Shown: piece by piece, positions 36,908 through 46,800 of the stretch
Position numbering within the stretch: the first letter of the stretch is position 1
Layout: every line of letters starts with the position of its first letter
Assembly: GCA_033763315.1 (NCBI GenBank)
Contig: JANRKS010000016.1
Coordinates: 96,001-160,000 of the forward strand
Reading direction: 5' to 3'
DNA from: Deltaproteobacteria bacterium
GTDB lineage: Bacteria > Myxococcota_A > Polyangia > Fen-1088
DNA: 64,000 nt
Notes under the pieces: model-generated
Seen by the model: the letters and a program-made list of their open reading frames with translations, nothing else
The model's database searches: none
Told to the model about the DNA's origin: nothing
Position numbers and translations under genes: made by a program

Positions 36908-38266
36908 ATGTCTAAGGCCCTGATGCGTCGACGCACGCTGATCAAACAACTGGGTGCCGCCAGCTTTTTAGCAACGCCCGTGTTTCGTGCCGCGCTCGCC
37001 GAGGCTCAGATGGCGCCCCTTCGGTTCATTGTGGTCACGTTTCCCGGTGGTTGTAGGGAGCAATCAAACTTTTCGTTCGGCAGATATCTGTCGCCGCTCA
37101 CACCTTACAAGTCAGACATCATCCTGTTTGAGAATCTGCATAACCCCTGTGTGCCTGAGGGCTGGGGCCATGGGGGCGAACAAACGATCTTGACGGGCAA
37201 CGGCGTGGGTGTGAGTGAGGACGTTCCCGCGACGCAGTTTCCATCTAACTTCGTTTCAGTTGATCAACTCATCGCTCAAGCCATCGGCACGAAAACGCGC
37301 TTTGGCTCTTTGCAGTTTGCGGTGCAAACCGATCGGCCGCCCAAGGGCGACGATCCGGCCGCACGAAGCCGCATCGCCTTTTCCGGTGGTGTGCCCATCG
37401 CACCGCTTCAGGATCCAAACGCCATGTTCACGCGGCTGTTCGGCGGTACAAAGCCGGTGGCGCCAGCGCCCACACCAGGATCGCCGCCCGCACCCGTGGA
37501 CATGCAGGCGTTGGCCAAGGCACAAGCGGCCGCTGAACAGCGCAAAAGCGTAATCGATTTGCTCAAGGCTCAAGTGACAACCATTAAAGGTGTGGTTGGC
37601 ACGCAGGAGAAGCAACGATTAGACGAGCACCTCAATTCCCTTCGGGAGTTGGAGAAGTCGATTCCCGCAATCCCCGGTGGCAGCACCTTGCCAGCGGGCG
37701 ACGGGGGACCGGCGCCTATGGCGGGAAGCGGATGCAAGACGCCCAGCGCTTTCGATAAAGCCATCACCGATGTGCCGGCGGTGGGCGCCGCGATGAACGA
37801 GCTTGTGTATCAAGCCATCGCGTGTGATCTCACCCGGGTCGCCACGCTGCAATGGCTTAGCACGGGCACCGACATTCCGTTCTCGTGGGTTGGCGTTTCC
37901 AAGAGCCATCACGATTGCCAGCACGCGCCTGACGCAAACCTCGACAAGTCCCAAACGTGGTTGATGTCGCAGGTCGCCGCGCTCATCAAGCGCCTCAAAG
38001 ATACGCCTGAAGGCAATGGCTCGATGCTCGACAACAGCTTGGTCCTGGTGACGTCAGAGATGGGTGATGCCGCGGCCCACAGCACGAAGTTCCTGCCCGC
38101 CTTGCTTGCTGGCAAAGCCGGGGGCGCCGTTCGCCCGGGGCGCACCATCAACGCGGCCAACGGATTCCACAACAATCTGTTGTTGAGCGTCGCCAACGCG
38201 ATGGGCCTCAAGCTGAGCACGATCGGCGAAGCCAGGTATTGCACTGGCGCATACAACATCGGATAA
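36908..38266 (+). CDS. DUF1552-family Tat-exported protein (pair 1)
   Basis: RRRTLI signal, SVDQLIA, LDEHL.SLRELEK, ACDLTRVAT, HH..QH, MLDNS, EMGD...H. Confidence 0.9.
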   Translation: MSKALMRRRTLIKQLGAASFLATPVFRAALAEAQMAPLRFIVVTFPGGCREQSNFSFGRYLSPLTPYKSDIILFENLHNPCVPEGWGHGGEQTILTGNGVGVSEDVPATQFPSNFVSVDQLIAQAIGTKTRFGSLQFAVQTDRPPKGDDPAARSRIAFSGGVPIAPLQDPNAMFTRLFGGTKPVAPAPTPGSPPAPVDMQALAKAQAAAEQRKSVIDLLKAQVTTIKGVVGTQEKQRLDEHLNSLRELEKSIPAIPGGSTLPAGDGGPAPMAGSGCKTPSAFDKAITDVPAVGAAMNELVYQAIACDLTRVATLQWLSTGTDIPFSWVGVSKSHHDCQHAPDANLDKSQTWLMSQVAALIKRLKDTPEGNGSMLDNSLVLVTSEMGDAAAHSTKFLPALLAGKAGGAVRPGRTINAANGFHNNLLLSVANAMGLKLSTIGEARYCTGAYNIG

Positions 38267-38281
38267 GCACGCGACGTGTGA

Positions 38282-40057
38282 TTGGCAAAACCAATCTCTT
38301 CGTTCCCAAGTGATCGATGCTTCCCGCTCGCGATACAAGAGATTATGGACGTGGACCACTTCTGCCGGCGGGTGCTCCGATCTTCTAGTGGACTGTGTCT
38401 GGGGGCCCTCGCGGCGTGCGTCTTCGCGGGCGCATGCACAGGGTCCACAGAGCCCTCTGGAGGCGATTCGGGAGGTGCGTCTGGCTCGGCTGGCAACAAC
38501 GCCAATCCCAACGGAGCGGCGCCAAGCGAATGCAACGCCAAACTTTCGCTGGCCCCGGCGCGCATTTGGCGTCTCACAGACGATCAGGTTGCAAACGCCG
38601 TGCGTGATCTCTTCGGCGTCACGATTTCAAGGGAGGTCAGCGGCGCGCGCGCCTTGGGCGGGTCGTTGAACTTAGCCGAAACGGGCGTGATCACTGGCAC
38701 CACGGCGTCGAACTACGCAACGGCGGCGCAGGCGGCCGCAAAAGAGATCACTCGCGTCATGCCTTCATCGCTTGGTTGCGGCGCAAAGCTAGACGACGCC
38801 TGCATCACGGGATTTCTTCGCAACAAGGTTGCGCGGGCCTTTCGCCGGCCTTTGCAAGATACGGAAGTGGCGGAGCTGCTCGCTGTCTATCGACTGGGCG
38901 CCCCTGATGGTGCCGCTGCGGGCCTTGAATTGATGCTTGAGGCGGTGTTGCAGTCCGGTTCGTTTTTGTGGCGCACGGAGATCGGAGCCGACGCGGCACC
39001 AGCGCCCGGAAGGAAAGTCACGCTGACGCCGTTCGAGGTCGCCGCCGCCTTGGGCTTCTTCTTTCTCGACTCCGTGCCAGACGATGAACTGTGGGCCGCC
39101 GCTCAGGACGGCAGCCTCGCCAAGCGACAAGTCTTATCAGCACAGGTTGATCGCTTGCTGGCGGTGCCTCGCGTGCGCGAAACGTTGGTTAAAAACGCGG
39201 GGCAATGGGTGGGGCTTGGTCGGCTTGCGCGCATCGAAAAGGACAAGCAACTTTTTCCGAAGTTTACCGCCGAGATACGTGATGCCTTGATCCAAGGTGA
39301 GGAACGATTTCTGTCTGACGTGATGTGGAGTGGAAGCTTGCGCGACCTGTTCACGTCGAGCCGCGTTTACGTGAACGATCAAATCGCCAGCCTCTACGGC
39401 TTGCCAAGTGTGGGCGGCCAAGCGGGGCTCACGAAGGTCGAGCCCACATCGCGCGAGCGGGGCGCGGGGATCTTGACTCATCCCGCGATCTTGGCGGCGC
39501 ACAGCAGCCCCAGCCGAGGGGACGTGGTTCACCGCGGTTTGTTCGTCTACAACAAACTGTTTTGTGGCTCCACCGTGCCGCCACCGCCTGCCTCGCTCGC
39601 GGCTGTGATCGCAGCGCAGCCCAAAGACGCAAGTGAACGAGAGCTTTCAGGATTGCGCGCCACCAATCCCTCGTGCAAAGGATGCCACGCCTTCTTCGAT
39701 CCGTTAGGGCTCGCGCACGATCGCTACGATGCCATTGGCGTGTACCGCGAGAAGGATCCTGGGGGTCGAACCATCGATCAATCATCCGTCATCGTGAACC
39801 TGGGAGAGGGCATTGATGGCCCCATCGATGGTCTTGGCGATGTGGCCCAACGGCTGGCCGGCAGCCGGCGCGCGGCCGATTGCGCTGTTGCCGAACTTGC
39901 GACGATGGCGCTTGGCCGACAGGCAAAAGACGACGTCACGTGTGCGCTTGCCACCGTCAAAAACGAATTTGCAAAGTCAGGCTCATTCATAGATCTTTAC
40001 CGCGCGTTGGCCACATCTGAGGGGTTCACAACGCGAGACGTAGGCGAAGGGAAATGA
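38282..40057 (+). CDS. DUF1592-family protein (pair 2; start possibly 38345)
   Basis: WRLT..Q..N.VRDL, LQS..FLWR, GILT, VHRG, CKGCH..FDPLG. Confidence 0.9.
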   Translation: MAKPISSFPSDRCFPLAIQEIMDVDHFCRRVLRSSSGLCLGALAACVFAGACTGSTEPSGGDSGGASGSAGNNANPNGAAPSECNAKLSLAPARIWRLTDDQVANAVRDLFGVTISREVSGARALGGSLNLAETGVITGTTASNYATAAQAAAKEITRVMPSSLGCGAKLDDACITGFLRNKVARAFRRPLQDTEVAELLAVYRLGAPDGAAAGLELMLEAVLQSGSFLWRTEIGADAAPAPGRKVTLTPFEVAAALGFFFLDSVPDDELWAAAQDGSLAKRQVLSAQVDRLLAVPRVRETLVKNAGQWVGLGRLARIEKDKQLFPKFTAEIRDALIQGEERFLSDVMWSGSLRDLFTSSRVYVNDQIASLYGLPSVGGQAGLTKVEPTSRERGAGILTHPAILAAHSSPSRGDVVHRGLFVYNKLFCGSTVPPPPASLAAVIAAQPKDASERELSGLRATNPSCKGCHAFFDPLGLAHDRYDAIGVYREKDPGGRTIDQSSVIVNLGEGIDGPIDGLGDVAQRLAGSRRAADCAVAELATMALGRQAKDDVTCALATVKNEFAKSGSFIDLYRALATSEGFTTRDVGEGK

Positions 40058-41436
40058 TGATGCGGCCATTTGAAAGACGTTCATTTTTGGGCCTGGCCGG
40101 AGTCTCTGCATTTGAAGCGGCGATGCTAAGACCCCTTATGGCGCGTGCGCAGAACGGGGCGCCGAAGCGGCTGTGCGTGCTTTATTATCCGTGCGGAACG
40201 GTGCAATCGCAGTTCTGGCCCAAGGCTGGCAGCACCGACTTCGCAAGCGGCCCCATTCTTGGCAACTTTGCGAAGGTCAAGAACGACATGGTGTTACTGG
40301 GTGGCGTGTGGAACTCTTTGGATGAGAATTGGGAAGGCGACGCGCACAGCCGCGGGCTCATTTCGTTCATGACCGGCTCGCGTTTCGCCAAGCTGCCCGG
40401 ATTCGGTGTCGCGGACGGCGCTGCGGACAGCCAACACATCGTGGCAAACGCCCGCTCGATTGACCAAATCCTTCTGGAGAAAGCGGCGGCACTCAAAGGC
40501 ACGGCGCGGCCTTCCATTCAACTGGGTGGGGCTCGATCTTTGGCGGCGGACGCGGGGCTGCCAGGCTCGCGAATTATGAGCTACAAGGGGCCCGGTGCCA
40601 CAGGAGGGCTTTTCGCGGAAACCCGACCTGGCGTTGCGCTGACGAACGTGTTCGGTGATCTGATGCCAGGCAACACGGATTCCGCGGCGCTTGAACGCAT
40701 GCGTCTGCGACGACAAGGTGTGCTCGACTTCGTTGCCAAAGATCTTGGACGTCTTAAGGCAAAGGTGCCCGCCTCCGAGCGATCGCGGCTTGAAGAGCAC
40801 CTTGGCGCTGTGACCGATCTCGGGCGTCAGGTCGTCACAGCTGGCACCGCTGCTGGATGTGCTCGGCCCACACTCGCACCCTTGCCGTCCGCAACAGAGG
40901 GCGCCGAATCCAAGCAGCACGAGGCTGTGTCTCGACAGATGTTGCAGATCATCAAGACGGCGTTCCAATGCGACCTTACGCGCGTCGCAACGTTCGCGTT
41001 CGACAACGCATTAACGGAATTGCCTTTCGACGGGGTCATCCCGGGGTTCGGCAACTCCGATGGCCACCACAGCGTGACTCATTTTTCGGATCCCCGCTTT
41101 CACATCGGCATCGACGCGTTCTATTGCAAGCTGGTGGCCGACTTTGTCATGGATTTGAAGAATACGCCCGATGGCGCAGGCGCGAGCCTTCTTGACAACA
41201 CGCTTGTTGTCCTATTTACCGACGTCAATGACGGCAACGGCCACGGCAACGAAGATCTGCCCGTCATGCTCTTCGGCGCGAAATCCATGGGTCTTGCAGG
41301 TGGGCGCTATGCGAAGTTCCCTGGCCGGTTCACCACCGATGTGTGGCTTTCCATCGCCCGTGCCTTTGGCGCAGAACTGCCCGCGTTCGGCGATCCAGCG
41401 TTCGCCAAGGGACCAGTGACAGGGTTGTTTGCTTAA
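40054..41436 (+). CDS. DUF1552-family Tat-exported protein (pair 2)
   Basis: ERRSFL, SIDQ, RLEEHL, CDLTRVAT, GHHSVTH, LLDNT. Confidence 0.9.
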   Translation: MMMRPFERRSFLGLAGVSAFEAAMLRPLMARAQNGAPKRLCVLYYPCGTVQSQFWPKAGSTDFASGPILGNFAKVKNDMVLLGGVWNSLDENWEGDAHSRGLISFMTGSRFAKLPGFGVADGAADSQHIVANARSIDQILLEKAAALKGTARPSIQLGGARSLAADAGLPGSRIMSYKGPGATGGLFAETRPGVALTNVFGDLMPGNTDSAALERMRLRRQGVLDFVAKDLGRLKAKVPASERSRLEEHLGAVTDLGRQVVTAGTAAGCARPTLAPLPSATEGAESKQHEAVSRQMLQIIKTAFQCDLTRVATFAFDNALTELPFDGVIPGFGNSDGHHSVTHFSDPRFHIGIDAFYCKLVADFVMDLKNTPDGAGASLLDNTLVVLFTDVNDGNGHGNEDLPVMLFGAKSMGLAGGRYAKFPGRFTTDVWLSIARAFGAELPAFGDPAFAKGPVTGLFA

Positions 41437-41489
41437 ACGCACTACGTGGTCATTGAGGTGGCCTATGGACGAGGCCATCCGCGCGGGCG

Positions 41490-43700
41490 CTACTTCTTCA
41501 TATCGGTAAGGATGTTGAGGCTTTCGTCCACCCAGGGGTCGCGCGCCAGGTTGTCACTCCACTTGGCCACGCGTGAATCTTTTTTGCCGTTGGCGGCCGC
41601 AGCCACCGGCGCGCGTTGATCGATCGGCATCACCGAGAACCGCTTGGGAGACTCATCGAGCTTGGGGCTGGCGGCGGCGATCTCAGCGCGCTGTTGCTCC
41701 CGCTGCTTCATGAAGTCGGCCTCGGCAAGGGGCACGCGCGTGTCCGCCTCGCGCGCCTTCATCAGCTGCGTGAGCTTGGTGACTTTTGCGAACACGGGAT
41801 CTTTGCTAACTCGAGCCACGCTTGCGGCCGACAGAGCGGCCGCGTTCCAACTTGACTTCCAGTCGTCGTGCTCGGCAGGCGTGATCTGCGACCATGGCAG
41901 CGCATGCTCCAGCTCGCGCTCGCCCGATTCGATGTAGCCCGCGGGATCCGGCAGCGTCACGTCGGGGCTGACGCCCCTGCTCTGGGTTGAACTGCCGTTG
42001 ACGCGAAAGAACTGCTGGATGGTCAGCTTGAAGACGCCGAGACCCAGCTGGCCGCCAGTGGCACGATCAAGGTCGATCAGCGTTTGCACCGTGCCTTTGC
42101 CGTGCGTGGCGCTTGTGCCCACGATGACGGCCCTGCGGTAATCCTGCAAAGAGCCCGCCAAGATCTCTGAAGCAGAGGCGCTGAAACGATCCACCAAAAT
42201 GATCACGGGACCGGTGAAGTCCGCTCCCGCATCGTCGTCGGTCAAAACCTGCCGCCGGCCCTTACTGTCGCGCACCTGCACAATAGGACCCTTTTCAATG
42301 AACGCCCCGCTCATCTCGATGGCAGAGCCAAGCAAACCGCCACCATTGCCGCGAACGTCTAGAATGACGCCGGCAACTTTTTTGGCGTTGAGTTCACGCA
42401 GCAAGTGGCGCACGTCGCTTGCCGAATCGCGCGCGCTGCCCTCGCCGCCATAAAAGCTGGGCAAGTGAATGTAGCCATAGGCAGGCTGCCCCTTCTTCGT
42501 GATCAGCGCGGCTTTGGCATATGCCTCTTCAACCACAACCACGTCGCGCGTGATCGCCACCGTTTCCTCTAAACCCGTTGCTTTGCGCACACGCAACGTC
42601 ACCACAGTGCCCTTCGGTCCGCGGATCATGTTGACGACTTCATCAATCCGCATGTTGACGGCGTCGACCGCGTCCTGCGTTCCCGAAGCGATGGCCAAAA
42701 TGAGATCGCCCGGATCCAGCTGGCCTTGGCGCCACGCTGCACCGCCGGGGACGAGCTCGACGATTTCGATGTAGTCGTCCTTTTCGCGCAACACAGCGCC
42801 GATGCCCTCGAGCGAGCCGCGCATCTGAATATCAAAGTTGGCCCTGTCCGCAGGTGGCAGGTAGTTGGTGTGAGGATCCACCGACGCGGCCACGGCATTC
42901 ACCAGATCCGCCGCCGCATCCACCGGGGCCGGGTGTGCGAGCCGAACGAACCGCGCAGCGTACGATTTTGCCAGGTCGGCGCGCGCTTTGGTTTCGCGCC
43001 CTTGTGGCGTCTTTGGAATCTCGGCAAGGCGAAGCGCGCCAGCCTTCTCATCATCATCACCGTTGGACTTCTCTTTGGGGCGCCCCGGGGCGCTGGCAAC
43101 GGCGGGCGTCTTTACGGTTTTGCTTGGCGCAAGACGGGCTTGCATCTGAGCCACGCGCTCAAGCACTTCCAGCTCCAACCGTCGGCGCCACCTATCTTTG
43201 AGTTCCGCCTCGTTTGCTGCGGGCGTCACCTTTTTAGGATCAAGCTCAACATCCTCTTTGTTGGTGTGATCCAGAGGAGAGGCGAGGAGCGCGGCCACCC
43301 AAGCTTCGACCATCGACACCCGCTTGATCAGAATCCGCTGGCCCTCGTGCCCCAGTTCAAGCGAGCCGGCGCGCAGCTGATCGTCGATCTTATCGGCATA
43401 TTTACCAAGCGCGTCGCGATCCGCTTTCAGCAAAAACATCTTGCCGCTGTCAAGCCGATCGAGATATGTGGCGAACGCAACCCGCGAAAGCTCATCGTCA
43501 ACGCGTTTATGGAGCAGGTGTTCCTTCTCCAGCAACTCAAGCGTCGCGCGCGCCAAGGTCGCTTCTCGAAGATCTTGCGGAACGCCGCTCTTGCGCGAAT
43601 GACCGGTGTCGGGGGCGGCTCCGTACGCGCGTGGCAGCCCGCGAAAGGCCGGTGGCAACATTGCGAGCAAGGTGCAGACAAACAGGGCTGTAAAACGCAT
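41490..43700 (-). CDS. prc: Carboxy-terminal processing protease (Prc/Tsp, S41)
   Basis: DPHTNYL, LEGIGA, PDZ IRGPKGTVV.L, DVRGNGGG, SASASEI, GKGTVQ, GSSTQ..GV. Confidence 0.9.
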   Translation of the reverse strand: MRFTALFVCTLLAMLPPAFRGLPRAYGAAPDTGHSRKSGVPQDLREATLARATLELLEKEHLLHKRVDDELSRVAFATYLDRLDSGKMFLLKADRDALGKYADKIDDQLRAGSLELGHEGQRILIKRVSMVEAWVAALLASPLDHTNKEDVELDPKKVTPAANEAELKDRWRRRLELEVLERVAQMQARLAPSKTVKTPAVASAPGRPKEKSNGDDDEKAGALRLAEIPKTPQGRETKARADLAKSYAARFVRLAHPAPVDAAADLVNAVAASVDPHTNYLPPADRANFDIQMRGSLEGIGAVLREKDDYIEIVELVPGGAAWRQGQLDPGDLILAIASGTQDAVDAVNMRIDEVVNMIRGPKGTVVTLRVRKATGLEETVAITRDVVVVEEAYAKAALITKKGQPAYGYIHLPSFYGGEGSARDSASDVRHLLRELNAKKVAGVILDVRGNGGGLLGSAIEMSGAFIEKGPIVQVRDSKGRRQVLTDDDAGADFTGPVIILVDRFSASASEILAGSLQDYRRAVIVGTSATHGKGTVQTLIDLDRATGGQLGLGVFKLTIQQFFRVNGSSTQSRGVSPDVTLPDPAGYIESGERELEHALPWSQITPAEHDDWKSSWNAAALSAASVARVSKDPVFAKVTKLTQLMKAREADTRVPLAEADFMKQREQQRAEIAAASPKLDESPKRFSVMPIDQRAPVAAAANGKKDSRVAKWSDNLARDPWVDESLNILTDMKK

Positions 43701-43875
43701 CTTCTAGGAATCTAATGCGCCGCCGATCTTGGCGACAGGCTAGGGCTGCTTTTTCTGACCGTTTGTTGAGGCATTCCTCTCGCCACGTCGAACATGGGCC
43801 TGCGGCGGGCCTTGAAAAGAAGTGCGCCGGCCGCGGAAACAATCCCACGGCCAGCGCACTGTTCAAAGCGCGGCC

Positions 43876-46800
43876 CTACTTCACCCAGCCCACAGCCGCA
43901 TCAAACAACGCCCAGCCGTTGGTGTTGAGTTGGCTGGGCACGCCACCCGTGGGGAACAGGCCCACGCGGCGGGCGGGCGCCGTGCCCGAAACCATAGCCG
44001 CACCGGCGGTGTAGCCGTAAACCGTGGCCCGTGTGGGGGCCCCCACCAATGTGGCCACGATTTGGGCCGAGGCACTCGGTTGGCCCCACAAGAAATTGGC
44101 GCCACTTGTAACGACGCTCGGCTGCCCCGAAAGGCCCCCGGCCAAAGGATGGGTTGGCAAAGCGATGGTCACGGCCGTTTGTGAAGCGGCGCTGCCCATG
44201 CTGGTGTCCCACGTGGTGCTGGTCATTCCCAGATCATCCTGAAGCGCGGGCTCAAGGTTGATCACTGGAACTGTCACGGCTGTGAACTTCGTGTTCACCG
44301 CTCCCGACGCCACCGTTTCTGAGATGAGGACCAGCGCCTTGCCCGTGGCATCTGCCGTAACGCTCGCGTCCGCCGTCTTTGTGACCACCGTCAACGCGTG
44401 CTGGGTTTGCAGGCGCTGAACCAAAGCCGCGTCACCCGCGGAAAGCGGCACGGCGCCCACAACAACCAAAGCGGTCCCCGGCACGGGAGGGCTGGCCACC
44501 ACAACCTGCACGTCGTCGAAAGCCAAGAGCGCACCGTCATTCGCCGTCAAGCGCAGCACATAACTTCCGGGTACATCGAAGCGCACATGCGTTGTGGCCA
44601 ACGTGCTGTCGTTCTGCGGCCATTGCGGCGATTGCGGTCCGCTCACCATCGTCCACTGCAAAGCAAGCGTGCCCGGCGGGTTCGGCAACCCATCATCCGT
44701 GGCCTGCCCCACAAGCGTAAGCGTTGTGCCTGCAGTTGTGTTGTGATCAGTGCCAGCATTCACCGTGGGCGCGGCGTTCGCCGGCGGCGGGCTGGCCGTA
44801 CCCAAAGCCCAATTGATCGCGGCATCGAACAAACTCCAGCCCGCGGTGTTGAGCAGACCAGGTGTCGTGCTGTTGGCGAAAAACGCAACCCGGCGCGCAG
44901 GCGCAGTTCCGGCGGCCATAGGCACGCCAGCTTCATATGCGAAGATCGCTGCCCGCGTGGCAGAGCCCACGACGCGCGCCACAACCTTCGCATTCCCGTT
45001 AGGGACGCCCCACACCACGGTGGTTGCCGCCGAAGCGACCGAAGGTGTGCCCGTGAGCCCAGCGGCCAGGGGCGACGATGCATCCACGATTTGCACGGCC
45101 GTTTGCGAAGCCGTCGCCCCCATCACCACGTCCCAGGCGCCTGCAACAAGGCCAAGATCATCAAACAATGCAGGCTCTGTGGTAACCACCGGCACTGCCA
45201 CCGAGGTGAACTTGGTGCCTACCGAGCCGGATGACACCGATTCCGAAATGAACACCAACTGCTTTCCATTGGCATCGGATGCGGCGCTGGCGGCTCCTTG
45301 TTTCACCGTCACGGCGAAACCCAGTTGAGTTTCGAGGCGGCTGCGAAGCGCATTGTCATGGCTATCGAGCGGCTCGGCCCCCACGACCAACAAAGCGCTT
45401 TTGGCTGCGGGCGGCTTGGTGACCGTGACCGATGCTTGTGCGTCGCCTTGGTTGTTTGCGGCGTCCTTGGCACGAGCCACAATGGTATGCGATCCCGCAG
45501 GCACGCCGATTGTATCCCAAGAGTGCGTAAATGGCGGTGTCGTAATCGTGGCCACCACGGCGTCGTCGATCAGGATCTGCATCTGCGTGACGCCAACGTT
45601 GTCTGTGGCTGTGGCTTCGATGTTCACAACCCCCGTGACGGACGCGCCGTTGGACGGGCTTAACAAGGTTGTGACAGGCGCTTGCGTATCGCCACTTTGC
45701 ACCTGGAAAACAAGGTCATCCCGATCGTTGTATCCGCCTGCGGCGCAGGCTGTGGCAGCGCCCAAATAGCGAAACTGTGTGCGGATGGCTTGCGTGGCGC
45801 CGGCGCCCAGGATCACAGGAACCGTCATCGTTCGCAGCCCCGAGCCGGAAGGCGAAACAGTGCCAGCCAAAACCCACGTGGGCGCTGACGCGTCCGTTGC
45901 ATAGAACACATCCATGAAATTCGAACTCGCGCTAAAGACCCATACGGTCGCGGTGACGTTCACAACTTCGCCTGGAGCGAAAGGTTTGCCACTGGCGGTT
46001 TCGATGCGGACGCGATCCAGAGATTCGTCGCTGTGAAAGCTTCCTGAAGTGCCATCAGCACAGCTCGAAGACAACGTGTTCGGTTGATTCAGCTCAGGAC
46101 CAACATTGGCGCCGCGGCCCACCACCAAAGCGTTGGTGTCACAAAAGCTGCCGACCGTTGCGCAGCGAGGCGCCTTGAAAGTGGCGTCATACACGGCAAC
46201 GCCTGGGTTATTGACCGTGACCGTAATTGCGGCGGAGGTGCCCACGTTGCCCGCTTTGTCCCTCGCGCTGGCCGTCAACGTATGAGACCCGTTCGCCACC
46301 GGCGCCGTATTCCAATCGAACACATAAGGCGCGGCAACCAACGTTTTGGCGACCACGCCATCAACGGTGAATTTCACCTCTTCAACGGAAACGTTGTCTG
46401 TGGCGGTGATTGCAACCTGTGTGTTGCCCGCCACCGTGGCGCCATCCACCGGCGCGGTGATTTGCACCACGGGTGGCACAAGTTCATTGTTCACCACAAC
46501 GTTGACGGCCGCGCTGGTGCCCACGTTGTTCTTGGCATCGTACGCTTTCACGGTCAGAACGTGAGGGCCGTTGCCGCTTGTGCCCGTGAGCCAGCTGAGC
46601 GAAAAAGGCGCAGCCGTTGACGATGCCTTTACGGCGCCGTCCACCAACAGATCCACTTGCTTCACAGCCACGTTGTCGCTGGCCTGCACCGTAACGGTTG
46701 CCATCTCAGACAAGGTGGCACCAGCCGCGGGCGCTGTGATCGCCACGCTCGGCGCTTCAGTGTCTGCCGTAACGCCCACAAGCGACCAGGCCTTGAGAAC